Below, in pieces: positions 18,098 to 19,252 of a DNA stretch of 19,252 nucleotides. The stretch is taken from positions 10,827 through 30,078 of the forward strand of contig JBBIOR010000010.1 of NCBI GenBank assembly GCA_037443265.1, read 5' to 3'. Below the pieces are notes generated by a model. That model did not search any database. It was not told where the DNA came from and saw only the letters and a program-made list of their open reading frames with translations. The DNA comes from Candidatus Fraserbacteria bacterium. GTDB lineage: Bacteria > Bipolaricaulota > Bipolaricaulia > RBG-16-55-9. The stretch's first letter is position 1; each line of letters begins with the position of its first letter. The position numbers were made by a program, and so were the translations under genes.

Positions 18098-18180
18098 TGC
18101 CGGGGGAGGGATTTGAACCCACACGGGCTGTGCCCACACGCTCCTGAAGCGTGCGCGTCTTCCGATTCCGCCACCCCGGC
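18098..18180 (-). tRNA. tRNA-Leu (anticodon CAG)
   Basis: Acceptor GCCGGGG/CCCCGGC, anticodon arm CACGC-TTCAGGA-GCGTG, variable arm GGGC-ACA-GCCC, T loop TTCAAAT, discriminator A. CCA is not encoded. Confidence 0.97.
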
Positions 18181-18194
18181 CAGCGATCGCGCTC

Positions 18195-18223
18195 ATTGTA
18201 GGAAGCCTTCAGGGTTTTGTCAA
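18195..18223 (-). promoter_or_regulatory. near-consensus sigma70 promoter for tRNA-Leu-gatA
   Basis: Minus strand TTGACA-N17-TACAAT followed by GC-rich gagcgcg. Confidence 0.85.
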
Positions 18224-18245
18224 GCTCAGGGCAGATCGCTATTAT
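18217..18245 (+). promoter_or_regulatory. promoter for the lipid kinase gene
   Basis: TTGTCA-N17-TATTAT, ending 9 nt before TTG 18255. Confidence 0.6.
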
Positions 18246-18254
18246 GTCATTACC

Positions 18255-19202
18255 TTGGAGAAGTATCTGTTGATCGTCAACCCAGTGGCCGGACGAGGAA
18301 GAACCCAAAAGCTCTTCCCCACGCTCGAGGCTCATCTTCGAGCTTGCAAACTCTCCTATGAGTTACGCTTCACTTCACGGCCTGGAGAGGCGGAGGAGCT
18401 GGCCAAAGAGGCTACCCAGAGAGGCTTCCGCGGCCTCGTGGCCGTGGGCGGAGACGGCACGGCTCACGAAGTCGCCAACGGCCTGATCGGCTCTTCTTTG
18501 GCTTTAGGCGTCATCCCTACCGGCAGCGGCAACGACTTCGCCAAGGCCATCGGCGTGCCAAAAGATCTGCCGGCAGCTATTGAGCTCTTGATCTGGGGGA
18601 TGCGGCGCAGGGTGGATGTCGGCCGACTGGGAGCGCGCTATTTCATCAACGGCCTCGGGGTCGGGCTGGATGGTGCGGTCTCACATCGCTTCCGTCGCAT
18701 GAAGCATCTGCGAGGTGAGCTGGCGTATCTTTGGGGAGCCATCCATGAAGCGCTCATTTTTCAGCCCATGGAGATCGACTTGCACGCCCCGGCTTGGACG
18801 TATCAAGGATCGGCTCTTCTGGCGGGCGCCTCCAATGGCCAGTACCACGGTGGGAACTTCAAACTGGCTCCCGAGGCTCAAGTCGATGATGGCTTGCTCG
18901 ATGTCTACGTCATTCAGAATATGCCACCCATCAAGCGACTCTTTGAGATTCCCAAAGTTCGACGGGGAGCACATCTTTCACTTGAAGAAGTCGAGATGCG
19001 ACGCGCACCGTGGGTGGAGATCGCAGCTCGACAGCCTCTTCCGGCCCACATGGACGGTGAGCCGTTTCAGTTGGAGCCGGGTCGGCACAAGGTTGAGGTC
19101 CTTCCGCGCGCGTTAGAAGTCATCTCAGCGAATCTGCACGCCAGGCCCACGGAGTCTGGTCACCCTTGCGTAGAGGCCTCGCCCACGGGCGTCTGCACGT
19201 AG
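18255..19202 (+). CDS. diacylglycerol kinase family lipid kinase (YegS/DgkB/BmrU-like)
   Basis: Motifs IVNPVAGRG, VGGDGTAHEVANG, IPTGSGNDFA, RRVDVG, DDGLLDV and MDGE. Confidence 0.94.
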   Translation: MEKYLLIVNPVAGRGRTQKLFPTLEAHLRACKLSYELRFTSRPGEAEELAKEATQRGFRGLVAVGGDGTAHEVANGLIGSSLALGVIPTGSGNDFAKAIGVPKDLPAAIELLIWGMRRRVDVGRLGARYFINGLGVGLDGAVSHRFRRMKHLRGELAYLWGAIHEALIFQPMEIDLHAPAWTYQGSALLAGASNGQYHGGNFKLAPEAQVDDGLLDVYVIQNMPPIKRLFEIPKVRRGAHLSLEEVEMRRAPWVEIAARQPLPAHMDGEPFQLEPGRHKVEVLPRALEVISANLHARPTESGHPCVEASPTGVCT

Positions 19203-19252
19203 AGATAGCGCTTGATGTCTTTGAGGCTGGTCTTCTCGAAGGGCTGCTCTAA
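19160..19252 (-). CDS. 3' end of an unidentified gene entering from the right edge
   Basis: Open frame LEQPFEKTSLKDIKRYLYVQTPVGEASTQG* with codon usage like neighbouring genes. Too short to identify. Confidence 0.4.
   Translation of the reverse strand, partial: LEQPFEKTSLKDIKRYLYVQTPVGEASTQG

Noticed and set aside
18069..18335. 89-aa N-terminal extension of GatA in the ORF track
   Set aside because: It runs through the tRNA-Leu gene and its promoter. GatA-like sequence and an SD begin at GTG 18068.

Overview
This is a gene-dense, GC-rich bacterial chromosomal region made mostly of housekeeping genes. I see no integrase, transposase, CRISPR array or prophage structure. From left to right it holds: the 5' end of a probable ABC ATPase gene (-); eno-ftsB-like-dnaE-yvcK-class V aminotransferase (+); tRNA-Ser(CGA); an RpoD-like sigma factor (-); divergently, an orphan gene with a phage MuF/SPP1-gp7-like CxxC...PPLHPxCRC motif abutting a comEA-like gene (+); DUF47-pit (-); an EF-G paralog and yjbQ (+); a larE-like gene (-); an exported hypothetical (+); an arsC/LMW-PTP gene (-); a Nudix hydrolase (+); tRNA-Leu(CAG)-gatA (-); a DAGK-family lipid kinase (+); and the 3' end of an unknown gene (-). 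The most interesting signals are (1) the MuF-motif/comEA pair with no phage context, (2) a sigma-factor leader containing a terminator-like hairpin, a strong SD and a possible uORF, (3) an SD-led 6-codon uORF ahead of a motif-degenerate EF-G paralog, (4) two divergent promoter pairs that each share a single TTGTCAA -35 element, and (5) repeated leaderless-type starts. All calls come from reading motifs by eye; no database searches were run.
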